This document shows, in pieces, positions 1 to 9,203 of a stretch of 64,000 nt of DNA. The stretch comes from Candidatus Limnocylindrales bacterium (lineage in GTDB: Bacteria; Chloroflexota; Dormibacteria; CF-121). The notes beneath the pieces are model-generated. The model had not been told where the DNA came from and searched no databases. It saw only the letters and a program-made list of their open reading frames with translations. The first letter of the stretch is position 1. Each line of letters starts with the position of its first letter. The position numbers and the translations under genes were made by a program. The DNA lies in the NCBI GenBank assembly GCA_035632635.1, contig DASQGL010000028.1:5578-69577 (forward strand). The letters run 5' to 3'.

Positions 1-2789
1 GGGTTGTACAGGAAGTACGCATAGGCTCGCTGCCCGGCGCGGCCAACGCGCCCGCGCAGCTGGTAGAGCTGTGCGAGACCCATCCGGTGCGCGTCGACCA
101 CGATGATCGTATTCGCGTTCGGGATGTCGAGCCCGGACTCGATGATCGTCGAACAGACCAGGACGTCCGCCTCGCCGCGCACGAAACGCTCCATGACGTC
201 CGCCAGGGTGTGCTCCGGCATCTGCCCGTGGCCGACCAGCACGCGGGCCTGCGGAACGAGCTTCTTCACCCGCTCCTCCGCCTTGCGGATGGTCTGCACC
301 CGGTTGTAGACGTAGAAGACCTGGCCGCCGCGCTGCAGCTCGCGCTGGATCACCTCGCGGATCAGGTCATCGTCGTCGGCGGTCACGAACGTCTTGATTG
401 GAAGCCGCTCTTCGGGTGGAGTCTGGATCACCGACAGGTCGCGGATGCCCGCCAGCGACATGTGCAGGGTGCGCGGGATCGGGGTCGCCGACAGCGAGAG
501 GACGTCCACCGAGGCGCGGAGCTGCTTCAGCTTCTCCTTCTGCATCACGCCAAAGCGCTGCTCCTCGTCCAGGATGACCAGCCCCAGGTCCTTGAACTGC
601 ACGTCCTTCTGCAGCAGGCGATGCGTCCCGATGACGACGTCGATCTCGCCCGTTCGGAGCCGCCGGATGATGTCGTGCGCTTCCGCGTCCGTGCGGAAGC
701 GTGAGAGCATCTCCACCCTGACCGGGAACGGCCGGAAGCGCTCCTGGAAGGTCAGATAGTGCTGCTGGGCGAGGACGGTGGTGGGCACCAGGATCGCAAC
801 CTGCTTGGAGTCCTGGACCGCCTTGAACGCCGCACGCACCGCCAGCTCGGTCTTGCCGAAACCGACGTCACCCGCCAGCAACCGGTCCATCGGGCGCGCG
901 TCCTCCATGTCCTGCTTGATCTCGGCCATCGCGCGCACCTGGTCGGTCGTCTCCTCGTAGGGGAACGATTGCTCCAGTTCCTGCTGCCAGGGACCGTCTT
1001 CGGAGAAGGCGTGTCCCTCGACGAGCTGCCGCTTCGAGTACAGGTCGAGCAGGTCGTGCGCCACTTCCTCGACCGATTCGCGCACCTTCCGCTTGGCCCG
1101 CTCCCATTCGCCGCTGCCGAGCTTGCTCAGCTTCGGGTCGGCGTCCCCCCCGCCGACGTACTTCTGGACGCGCTCGAGATGCTCCACCGGGATGTACAGC
1201 TTGTTCCCATCCGCGTACTCGAGCTGCATGTACTCGCGCAGCTCATCGGCCTCGCCCATCAGCTTCATGCCCATGAACCGCCCGATGCCGTGGTCGACGT
1301 GCACGACCAGGTCGCCGGGTTCGAAGTCCAGCGTCCAGGTGTTGGCGCGGGCACGCACGACCCCCCGCCGCACGCGCTGTCGCAGCCCGCCGAACAGATC
1401 GGTATCGCCGTAGACCTCGAGCTGCAGCGACGGGATCGTGAACCCCTGGGCGACCGGCTGGTTGCCGATGATGATCAGGCCGGGGACGATTTCCGCTTGC
1501 CGCGGCACGAACAAGCCGGCCGCCGGATAGAGGTCGCGATCTTCGAGCAGCTCTCGCAGCCGCGCGGCCTGCTGGGTGACGACCAGAATCCGTTCACCGC
1601 CGCGGGTCTGTTCCCGGACGTGATCGGTGAATGCCTCGATCCGGCCGGTGTAGGCATCGACGCTCGTGAATCCGAGGTCGACGGACCCTGGTGCTTCCGT
1701 TCGGGTGACGTCGAGCGTGCGGCGGCCCTCGATCCGCTCGCGGAGCGCGACGACCGGGACCAGCCCGGTCTCCAGGTTGCCCGGCAGCTCGCCGCGTTCG
1801 ACCTCCATGTCAACGAGTTCGATGAGCTCCCTTTCCCGATCCTCTGCCTGGGCCATGGTCCGGACGCCATCGACCGTGACCACGAGTGCGTCAGCCGGCA
1901 GGTGATCGAGAAGGGTGGGGCAGGATGGCTCGAGGTAGGCCTGAAAGCCTTCGATGCCGTCGAAGTAGGCGTTCGCCCGCAGACGCTCGATATCGCCCAG
2001 CCACTGGTCCTTCACCTCGGCCAGCGTGTCGCGAAAGTCCAGCTGCTGGAGCCGCGACGAGGCCCGGGCGATGGCCTCAGGCGTGAGGATCAACTCGGCG
2101 GCGGGAAGGACGCGAACCTCGCTGACCGGCCCGATCGAGCCCTGCGTTTCCACGTCGAACTCGCGCAGCGACTCGAGCTCGTCGCCGAAGAACTCGGCTC
2201 GAACGGGCCGCCGCACACCGGCCGGGAAGACATCGAGGATGCCGCCCCGGAGGCTGAACTCGCCCCGCTGCTGGACGAGCGGCTCCCGGCGGAAGCCAAG
2301 GGTGACCAGCTTGCGCAGGAGATCGTCGACCTGGTACTGGCTTCCCGCCTCGAGGGTGAACGACCAGGTGCGCAGGGCGGCGGCCGCCAGCGTCGGACGG
2401 GTCATCGCGATCCACGACGTGTAGACGATGAGCGGCCCTCCGCGCTCCAACGCATCGACCGCCTCCAGCCGCCGGCGCACCGTCTCTTCGTCGGGCGCCA
2501 GCCGGTCGAAGGGCAGCGTCTCGATCGCGGGAAAGACGTACGCGCGCAGGTCCGCACGGAACCAGGACTGGGTCTCGCCGAACGCCGTCTCGGGATCGCC
2601 GACGATCGCCAGCACGGGCCGTTTGGACCGATCCGCCATCCAGCTGAGCAGCACCGGCAGCGCCGGCGTGGGCAACCCATGCGCGCTGACCCTCCCCGGT
2701 TGCGACGATGGTCCCTGGGCGTGCCACCACCGCTCCAGCTCGTCGCGAGCCGGAAGGCGATCCAGCAATCCGAACAGCGTGTCACTCAC
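1..2789 (-). CDS. mfd: Transcription-repair coupling factor Mfd, with the 3' end (C-terminus) running off the window start. The start is GTG near 2789 or slightly upstream.
   Basis: Reverse-strand translation of 61-200 gives DVLVCSTIIESGLDIPNANTIIVVDAHRMGLAQLYQLRG(RVGR), helicase motifs V/VI closest to Mfd. The frame stays open for about 2.8 kb and reaches an N-terminus near 2789. It is absent from the ORF track because it is edge-truncated. Confidence 0.8.
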   Translation of the reverse strand, partial: MSDTLFGLLDRLPARDELERWWHAQGPSSQPGRVSAHGLPTPALPVLLSWMADRSKRPVLAIVGDPETAFGETQSWFRADLRAYVFPAIETLPFDRLAPDEETVRRRLEAVDALERGGPLIVYTSWIAMTRPTLAAAALRTWSFTLEAGSQYQVDDLLRKLVTLGFRREPLVQQRGEFSLRGGILDVFPAGVRRPVRAEFFGDELESLREFDVETQGSIGPVSEVRVLPAAELILTPEAIARASSRLQQLDFRDTLAEVKDQWLGDIERLRANAYFDGIEGFQAYLEPSCPTLLDHLPADALVVTVDGVRTMAQAEDRERELIELVDMEVERGELPGNLETGLVPVVALRERIEGRRTLDVTRTEAPGSVDLGFTSVDAYTGRIEAFTDHVREQTRGGERILVVTQQAARLRELLEDRDLYPAAGLFVPRQAEIVPGLIIIGNQPVAQGFTIPSLQLEVYGDTDLFGGLRQRVRRGVVRARANTWTLDFEPGDLVVHVDHGIGRFMGMKLMGEADELREYMQLEYADGNKLYIPVEHLERVQKYVGGGDADPKLSKLGSGEWERAKRKVRESVEEVAHDLLDLYSKRQLVEGHAFSEDGPWQQELEQSFPYEETTDQVRAMAEIKQDMEDARPMDRLLAGDVGFGKTELAVRAAFKAVQDSKQVAILVPTTVLAQQHYLTFQERFRPFPVRVEMLSRFRTDAEAHDIIRRLRTGEIDVVIGTHRLLQKDVQFKDLGLVILDEEQRFGVMQKEKLKQLRASVDVLSLSATPIPRTLHMSLAGIRDLSVIQTPPEERLPIKTFVTADDDDLIREVIQRELQRGGQVFYVYNRVQTIRKAEERVKKLVPQARVLVGHGQMPEHTLADVMERFVRGEADVLVCSTIIESGLDIPNANTIIVVDAHRMGLAQLYQLRGRVGRAGQRAYAYFLYN

Positions 2790-2869
2790 AGTCTTGTAGG
2801 CATGCCAAAAACCGCCCGAGACCAAACATCCGGGCGGCCCACTGAGGGTACCACGGCGTCGGCGCGCTG

Positions 2870-3325
2870 CTATGCCGGCACGGCCACCTTCTCGAGCGGG
2901 ACCACCAGGGTGGGCATCTCGGCGATCTTCCGCAGCGTCAGGAACTGCTCGGCTCCAGTCCCTCGCCACGCATGGCTGCGGTTCCACCCGACGACCATGG
3001 CGGCCGTCTCCAGATCGATCACCTGCGGATCGACGACGACCAGGCTTTCACCCTTGTGCTCGATCCGGCCGGTCCCGGCCGCGCGCAGATTCTGACACCA
3101 GTCGGTACTCTCGCCATAGGGCAGTGGCACGACGAAACCTTCGGCCGTCTCCTGGACGCGGAGCCCGGTCGCATAGGGCGTCCCCGATCGCCGGCCGACG
3201 TGATGAAGGACCGCGGCATAGGCCCTGGGCTCCGTGACGCCGCGCCGCCTGGTCCGCAGCCAGGCTGCCACACCCAGGCCCAGCGTGAGGGCGACGATCA
3301 CGCGTCGAACGACGTCCCTGTTCAT
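2870..3325 (-). CDS. DUF385 nitroreductase-family deazaflavin (F420)-dependent oxidoreductase-like protein
   Basis: ORF 2870..3355; the motif HVGRRSGTPYATGLRVQ...GESTDWCQNLRAAGTGRIE is typical of the DUF385 split-barrel family. The start is trimmed to MNRDVV with a hydrophobic N-terminus. Confidence 0.55.
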   Translation of the reverse strand: MNRDVVRRVIVALTLGLGVAAWLRTRRRGVTEPRAYAAVLHHVGRRSGTPYATGLRVQETAEGFVVPLPYGESTDWCQNLRAAGTGRIEHKGESLVVVDPQVIDLETAAMVVGWNRSHAWRGTGAEQFLTLRKIAEMPTLVVPLEKVAVPA

Positions 3326-3453
3326 GATGGCTCCTCCTGATCGGTGTGCGCCCACGTCGATTCCAGCCTCGTGCAGTCAGGCGACGCCCGCACGGGGCGC
3401 CCGGCCCCTCTGTTTTAGGACCCCTGGCGGAGCCGCGCCCGACGACGGCGTGC

Positions 3454-4830
3454 TTACGAACGCGCCCGCCTCGGCCTCTCCCGCTCGCCGGAACGGTCCG
3501 GCCCTTCCCAGCCGGCCCAGGGGTCGTAGTCGGTCTCGAGGGATTCCTGCTGGGGCCGATCGCCTTCGGGCACGTGGCGCAGGTTGACGCGAATCCGGGT
3601 CCAGGTCGTGTTTCGTCCGCGCATCGAGTCCACCATCACGTCGGCAGGCTGGAGGTGTGGCACGACCCGAGCGTGTCGCGCCTTCCACCGCTCCAGGCCG
3701 TCCTTCGCCTCGGCCTCGGTGGCGGCGCGGGCGATCTCGATCAGCGGCATCGTGGTCCGGCGGCGCCCCGTCGGCCCGACGCGCTTTCCCGGCGCCGGCG
3801 GTGGGACGATTCCCGGCCGCGCCGCCTGACCCGTCCGCCGTTTCGAGGGCTGGACGCGGGCCGGCTCGCCTTCCGCCTTGGCGAAGTGAGGCGGCCAGGG
3901 CGCGTCGCCGAAGCCCGCCGCCTCATGCTGCTCGGACAGATCGAGGAGAGCCTCGAGCGACCCGGCCGCGTCGTCGATGCCCCTGGACGGATCACCCTCC
4001 CGCGCATATCGCTCAGGCACGGTTCTCAGCGTGAACGCCTCCGGTTCGCAGGTGGGCACCTCGTCCCATCGAAGCGGCGTTGACACGCGTGCGTCCGGGA
4101 GCGGCCGCACCGAGTACTGGGACGCGATCGTGCGATCCTTGGCGTTCTGGTTGTAATCGAGGAAGACACCATGCCGTTCCTCCTTCCACCAGCGGCTGGT
4201 CGCGATATCGGGCGCACGCCGCTCCACCTCGCGGGCAACGGCGAGGGCGGCGCGCCGCACCTGCGGGAACGTCCAGCGGGGCTCGATCCGGGCATAGACG
4301 TGAAAGCCCTTGGAGCCCGAGGTCTTGGGCCAGCCGGTCAAGCCGAAGTCTTCCAGCACCTCCTTCGTCACCATGGCGACCTCGCGCGTCTGTGACCAGG
4401 GGATGCCGGGCAACGGGTCGAGATCGATCCGCAGCTCATCGGGATGGTCGAGATCGGAGGCTCGCACCGGATGCGGATTGAGATCGATGCAACCCAGGTT
4501 GATGATCCAGGCGAGCTGCGCCGCGTCACGGACGACGACCTCCTCCGCAGTTCGTCCTGAGGGAAAGGAGAGCATGACGGTCTCGACCCAGTCGGGCCGC
4601 GCCGTCGGCGCCCGCTTCTGGAAGAAGAACTCGCCCTCGGCGCCGTTCACGAATCGCTTGAGCGCCATGGGGCGCCCGTCGATACCGCGAAGCGCGCCTT
4701 CGGCGACGGCGAGGTAATAGAGAACGAGGTCGAGCTTCGTGTGCCCCGCCTTCGGAAAGAACACCTTGTCGGGATTGGTCACGGTGACCGTCCGCCCGGC
4801 GACCTCGAGTGCGACCTCCTTCTCCGGCAT
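3454..4830 (-). CDS. LigD polymerase (primase-polymerase) domain protein, stand-alone, with an Arg/Pro-rich C-terminal extension of about 170 aa
   Basis: KVFFPKAGHTKLDLVLYY and SGSKGFHVY motifs of the NHEJ LigD PolDom. There is no ligase, nuclease or Ku domain in the ORF or in adjacent genes. Confidence 0.75.
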   Translation of the reverse strand: MPEKEVALEVAGRTVTVTNPDKVFFPKAGHTKLDLVLYYLAVAEGALRGIDGRPMALKRFVNGAEGEFFFQKRAPTARPDWVETVMLSFPSGRTAEEVVVRDAAQLAWIINLGCIDLNPHPVRASDLDHPDELRIDLDPLPGIPWSQTREVAMVTKEVLEDFGLTGWPKTSGSKGFHVYARIEPRWTFPQVRRAALAVAREVERRAPDIATSRWWKEERHGVFLDYNQNAKDRTIASQYSVRPLPDARVSTPLRWDEVPTCEPEAFTLRTVPERYAREGDPSRGIDDAAGSLEALLDLSEQHEAAGFGDAPWPPHFAKAEGEPARVQPSKRRTGQAARPGIVPPPAPGKRVGPTGRRRTTMPLIEIARAATEAEAKDGLERWKARHARVVPHLQPADVMVDSMRGRNTTWTRIRVNLRHVPEGDRPQQESLETDYDPWAGWEGPDRSGERERPRRARS

Positions 4831-4921
4831 CCGTTAACGATACGGCGCTGAGCCCGTGGACGCGGTGGCGAGGCCGCTCCGCCGTGGAATACGGGCGGCC
4901 GGGCGGAGATTCTAGGTCGCA

Positions 4922-5284
4922 GTGGATGAACGAGTGCGGCAGGCCCTGAGCCGAGGCGGGGTCATCGACATCACGACCACCGGCCGGTCGAGCGGCGTGC
5001 CACGCCGCCTCGAGATCGTCCATCACAACATCGAGGATCGCCTGTACATCAGCGGCCGGCCGAGTCCGCACGAGCGCCAATGGATTCGAAACCTCCGGGA
5101 GGATGCCCGCCTCACCATCCACGTCAAGTCGCCGGTCAGAGCCGACCTCGAGGCGACGGCACGCATCATCGACCAGGAGATGGAGCGCCGGGCGGTCCTC
5201 GAGCATGTCGCGCGGGCCTGGAACGTTCAGGACGTCGAGCCGATGGTCCGTCACAGTCCATTGATCGAAGTCACGCTCGGCTGA
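4922..5284 (+). CDS. DUF385 / PPOX-class F420-dependent oxidoreductase-like protein (second copy)
   Basis: TTTGRSSGVPRRLEIVHHNIEDRLYISGRPSPHERQWIRNL matches the DUF385 family signature. Confidence 0.55.
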   Translation: MDERVRQALSRGGVIDITTTGRSSGVPRRLEIVHHNIEDRLYISGRPSPHERQWIRNLREDARLTIHVKSPVRADLEATARIIDQEMERRAVLEHVARAWNVQDVEPMVRHSPLIEVTLG

Positions 5285-5442
5285 GCGCCCGGCCTGAGGC
5301 GCGCTCTCCTCGAGCGGCTTCGGGCTCAGGTCGAAGGTCCTGCGCGCAACGGGACCCTCGCCGCGATGTAAGCGCCGTGTGGCGCCGTACCGTGTCGTTC
5401 AGGACTGCCGAGGCGGACTGAGCCGCTAAGCCTGGAGGAGAT

Positions 5443-7071
5443 ATGAGCACGATCGCGCGTCAGAGGGAGACCGCCCCCGTCCCGGAAGCCGGAGTGGCCG
5501 GCAGTCCGCCGCCGGAACAACCCGCACCGACGAAGCCGCGGCGTGGCAACGCCTGGCGGGGCGCCTTCGTCCTGCTCGCCGCGCTGGCGGTCGTCCTGGG
5601 CGCGATCCTCGGCGAAGGACCTCGGGTCACGCTCGTCCAATCGACCGGCCCGAGCTCGACCAGCGGCGGTTCGCTTGCGCCCGGCGCCGCTTTCCAGCCC
5701 ACGATGCCCACCGGGCACGTCGTCGACGTGCGCCTGGTGACCGTGGAGCTCAACCAAACCATTGCCACGGCGTCCGGGGCGCCGGTCACCTACCAGGTGT
5801 GGACGTTCAACGGCACTACGCCCGGGCCGGTGATTCGCGTCCACCTCGGGGACACGGTTCGCTTCACCCTGCACAATGCCAGCACCATCAACATGCCCCA
5901 CTCGATCGACTTCCACGCCGCGATGACGCCCTGGGCGAATCTGCCGTCCTCGGGACAGAGCGGACTCACGGGAAACTACCAGCCGGTCAATCCGGGCCAG
6001 ACGAAGACCTTCACCTGGAACGCCATGTATCCGGGCGTCTTCATGTACCACTGCGGCGTCCCACCGGTCCTTCAGCACATCGCAAACGGAATGTACGGTG
6101 CGATCGTGGTCGAGCCCACGAGCTTGCCGAAGGAGCGAGAGTTCGTGCTGGTCAACAGCGAGTATTACCTGGGTGCGCAGCCGGTCAAGGGCGTCTTCTA
6201 CGGCGACTACGCGAAGATGCTGGCAGCAACGCCAACCTTCGTGGTCTGGAACGGGGTCGCGGATCAGTACAAGGCATCTCCGCTTAGCGTCCGGCCGAAC
6301 GAGCGGTTTCGGATCTGGGTCGTGAACGCCGGGCCAACGCTGACCAGCGCGTTCCACGTGATCGGCACCATGTTCAACAGCTACGCGGATGGCAATCCCG
6401 CCAATGTCGTGTATGGCGACCAGACCTATAACATCGCTCCCGGCGGGGCGGCCATGTTCGAGCTCCAGATTCCCGATCCTGGTCTCTATCCCTTCGTGAC
6501 GCATGCCTTCGCCTACACGTCGCTGGGGGCCACTGGACTCATCCGGGTCGACCCGAAGGCGCCTGCGGCACCCGCCGCCTATCCCACCTTCGGGGACCCG
6601 TTCTCGGCAGGGGTGAAGGCGTTCACGCCGCCCGCGTCGGTCGCCTCTCTGATCGGCGGCGTCACGCCCGCGGCGAGCCCCTCCCCGTCCGCCTCCCCGT
6701 CCGCGTCGGCCTCAGCGGCGCCATCGGCCTCTCCGTCCGCGAGCGCCTCCCCCTCGGCATCGGCGGCGGCCTGCGCCCCCTCCGGCAGCACGGTCAGGGC
6801 GTCCGCGAACAACATGGCATTCAACACGGCCTGTCTCGCGGCGCCCGCCGGCAGTGCCTTCACGATCATCTTCAACAACCAGGACGCCGGGATGCCGCAC
6901 AACATCGCCATCTATACGGACTCGAGCGCCTCGCACAGCCTCTTCGTCGGCGACATCGTGACCGGCCCGGCCACGATCACCTACCATGTGCCCGCGCTCA
7001 AGCCGGGGACGTACTACTTCCGCTGCGACATCCATCCGGGACAGATGTTCGGGACCTTCGTCGTCCGCTGA
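5443..7071 (+). CDS. nirK: Copper-containing nitrite reductase NirK (two-domain multicopper oxidase) with an N-terminal membrane anchor, a Ser/Pro/Ala linker and a C-terminal cupredoxin (type-1 Cu) domain
   Basis: GGAGGAG RBS precedes the ATG. Type-1/type-2 copper ligand motifs are HNASTINMPHSIDFHAA and MYHCGVPP...H. The C-terminal domain motif YYFRCDIHPGQMFGTFVV is plastocyanin/pseudoazurin-like. Confidence 0.8.
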   Translation: MSTIARQRETAPVPEAGVAGSPPPEQPAPTKPRRGNAWRGAFVLLAALAVVLGAILGEGPRVTLVQSTGPSSTSGGSLAPGAAFQPTMPTGHVVDVRLVTVELNQTIATASGAPVTYQVWTFNGTTPGPVIRVHLGDTVRFTLHNASTINMPHSIDFHAAMTPWANLPSSGQSGLTGNYQPVNPGQTKTFTWNAMYPGVFMYHCGVPPVLQHIANGMYGAIVVEPTSLPKEREFVLVNSEYYLGAQPVKGVFYGDYAKMLAATPTFVVWNGVADQYKASPLSVRPNERFRIWVVNAGPTLTSAFHVIGTMFNSYADGNPANVVYGDQTYNIAPGGAAMFELQIPDPGLYPFVTHAFAYTSLGATGLIRVDPKAPAAPAAYPTFGDPFSAGVKAFTPPASVASLIGGVTPAASPSPSASPSASASAAPSASPSASASPSASAAACAPSGSTVRASANNMAFNTACLAAPAGSAFTIIFNNQDAGMPHNIAIYTDSSASHSLFVGDIVTGPATITYHVPALKPGTYYFRCDIHPGQMFGTFVVR

Positions 7072-7106
7072 TCGCCTCGCCGTCGATCGCGTACGCTTAG
7101 CCCGAC

Positions 7107-7439
7107 GTGGCCGGTCAATCCGGGACTTCGACGCTGCAGCGGATCGCGCTCGTATCGGTGGGCGCCTACGGCCTGGCGTTCGTCGTGATCCTGATCGGCT
7201 TTGCGGCGGGCTCCCAGCGCACGATCCTGGGCGCCGGCTTCCTGATTGGCGGCCTGGCGGTCCTGGCCAACCTCGTCTTCCGACTGCTGTGGATGTCGTC
7301 GACGCCGAAGCCGGCTCCCGCACGCCGGAAGCCGGCCCCGGCCGTCCCGGCGACCACGATCCCGGGTATCGTGACCCGGTCGGTCGCCGCGCTCGTCATG
7401 CTCTGGGTCGGAGTCAGCTTCTTGATCCGCGGCCACTGA
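7107..7439 (+). CDS. Small hypothetical membrane protein (2-3 predicted TM helices)
   Basis: ORF with strongly hydrophobic segments and GC3-rich codons; no recognisable family. Confidence 0.4.
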   Translation: MAGQSGTSTLQRIALVSVGAYGLAFVVILIGFAAGSQRTILGAGFLIGGLAVLANLVFRLLWMSSTPKPAPARRKPAPAVPATTIPGIVTRSVAALVMLWVGVSFLIRGH

Positions 7440-7719
7440 GGACGACGCCCAGGCTGCCGCCGCCGACCGCCCCGGCGATCACCCCGCAGGCCGAGTACAC
7501 CGCCAGATCGATCGCGCCGAAGGACAGGCCGCCACTGACGGCGCCGACCATCAGCGGGAAGAGCCCGCCGACCGTCAGGGCCCCCAGCGCGGTGCCCAGG
7601 ATCCCGCCGCGGACGACCTGTGCCTCAGCCGTCGGCCCTCCGATCACCTGGCTCTGCTGGTAGGCGCGGGCCGCCTCGCCGAGCCGGGTCGCGTCGCTGT
7701 ACCGAAGTTCGTTGATCAT
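7414..7719 (-). CDS. Hypothetical Gly-rich membrane protein
   Basis: A GGAGG RBS lies 7 nt upstream of the internal ATG (MINELRY...). The C-terminal half is Gly/Ala-rich hydrophobic (glycine-zipper-like). It overlaps the previous gene convergently by 26 nt. Confidence 0.4.
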   Translation of the reverse strand: MINELRYSDATRLGEAARAYQQSQVIGGPTAEAQVVRGGILGTALGALTVGGLFPLMVGAVSGGLSFGAIDLAVYSACGVIAGAVGGGSLGVVLSGRGSRS

Positions 7720-7930
7720 GATGGCTACCTCCGAAATGTCCGATGGGTTCGATCGCATGACCCCATCCTGAGACCGGCGCCCTTTCGTGACCGTGAGGCG
7801 GCGAGAAAGCCTCCCGAAAGGTTGCGGGCCGGCAGGGCAGGTCGGCCCTCAGATCAAAAGACCTATGGCCTGGCCGCTCAGCGGCGGACGCGCGCAGCCT
7901 TGAACCAGACCACAGCGAAGGAGGCTTCCC

Positions 7931-8308
7931 ATGAAGGCATTTACGGCTGATCTCAAGGAGCTGGCCGAAGAGAACGATGACTTCCGGCGCGTCGTCTTCA
8001 CCGGACAGCATTCACAGCTCGTCTTGATGGCGCTACGTCCGGGTGAGGAGATCGGGGACGAGGTCCACAGCGTGGACCAGATCCTCTATGCGGTCGACGG
8101 CGAGGCCCAGGCGATCGTCGCCGGCGATCGGTTTGCGTTCGAGAAGCACGATGTCGTCGTGGTGCCGGCCTTCCAGCGCCACAACATCGTGAACACCGGC
8201 GACGAACCGTTCAAGCTGTTCACGATCTACGCCCCGCCGGAACACCCTGCCGGCACGGTGCATCACACCAGGGCGCAGGCGATGGCAGCGGAGCTGGTCG
8301 AGGTCTAG
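7931..8308 (+). CDS. Cupin-domain protein
   Basis: A GAAGGAGG RBS precedes the ATG. Length of about 125 aa and the motif HSVDQILYAVDGEAQAIVAGDRFAF...VVVVPAF...H are typical of a cupin beta-barrel. Confidence 0.6.
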   Translation: MKAFTADLKELAEENDDFRRVVFTGQHSQLVLMALRPGEEIGDEVHSVDQILYAVDGEAQAIVAGDRFAFEKHDVVVVPAFQRHNIVNTGDEPFKLFTIYAPPEHPAGTVHHTRAQAMAAELVEV

Positions 8309-8364
8309 CGACCCCACCCCGACGCTCGTCGGCGCACCGTCCTCCGACCGGTACGCTGTGGCGC

Positions 8365-9183
8365 ATGGGCGCCGCGGACCGATGGGCTCGAGATCTCGCG
8401 GAGTGGGCGATCCCTCCCGAGATCCAGGCCCAGGCCAGCGCCTCACCCTGGGAGTTCCCGCCGGGGGCCTTCGAGCGCCGCGCCGATCGCGCCAGCCAAG
8501 CCCGGACTCCATCCGATCGCGTCGCGATGGCGGCCCTACCCGAGCGCGGAGGTGTCCTCGATGTCGGCTGCGGGGCAGGCGCGGCCTCCCTGCCGCTGGC
8601 GCGGCGGGCCGGCCTGCTGGCAGGGGTCGACGTCGATGCCCGCCTGCTCAACGAGTTTCGGACGCGCGCGGAGCGAACGGGGGTTGACGTGATCGCGATC
8701 GAGGGGCGCTGGCCCGAGGCCGCCGATCGTGCGCCGGTGGTGGACGTGGCGGTCTGTCATCACGTCGCCTACAACGTCCCCGGCCTTCCCGCATTCGTCC
8801 GCAGGCTGACCGAGCACGCGCGGGTCCGGGTGGTGCTCGAGCTGACCACGGTGCATCCCCGTGCCTACCTCAACCACCTCTGGCTGCACTTCCACGGACT
8901 GCGCCGTCCCAGCCGGCCGACGGCCGACGATGCCGAGCGGGTGCTCCGCGAGGCCGGCCTGGCGCCACATCGCGAGAACTGGATGCCGGCCGAGCCGAAC
9001 ACCTCCTTCGCCTCGATCGAGGAGGCCGTCCTCTGGACCGGCCGTGCCATATGCCTGCCGGCGGCCCGGCTGCCCGAGCTTCGATCCATGATCGAGCCGG
9101 ATCTCTCCACCGTCGATGGCGTGGTGACCCAGCCGCCCCGCCCGCGCGCGACGTTCTGGTGGCCCGGCACCGCGGGGCGATGA
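8365..9183 (+). CDS. Class I SAM-dependent methyltransferase
   Basis: VLDVGCGAG motif I and the general fold layout. Confidence 0.6.
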   Translation: MGAADRWARDLAEWAIPPEIQAQASASPWEFPPGAFERRADRASQARTPSDRVAMAALPERGGVLDVGCGAGAASLPLARRAGLLAGVDVDARLLNEFRTRAERTGVDVIAIEGRWPEAADRAPVVDVAVCHHVAYNVPGLPAFVRRLTEHARVRVVLELTTVHPRAYLNHLWLHFHGLRRPSRPTADDAERVLREAGLAPHRENWMPAEPNTSFASIEEAVLWTGRAICLPAARLPELRSMIEPDLSTVDGVVTQPPRPRATFWWPGTAGR

Positions 9184-9203
9184 AGCGCGACGCTGACCTG
9201 CGG

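Noticed and set aside
759-3095. 778-aa plus-strand ORF (and several 60-220-aa ORFs on both strands across 87-2800)
   Set aside because: It lies antisense to the mfd coding frame. Its Arg/Leu/Pro-rich composition is typical of high-GC antisense ORFs, whereas the minus-strand frame yields recognisable Mfd helicase motifs.
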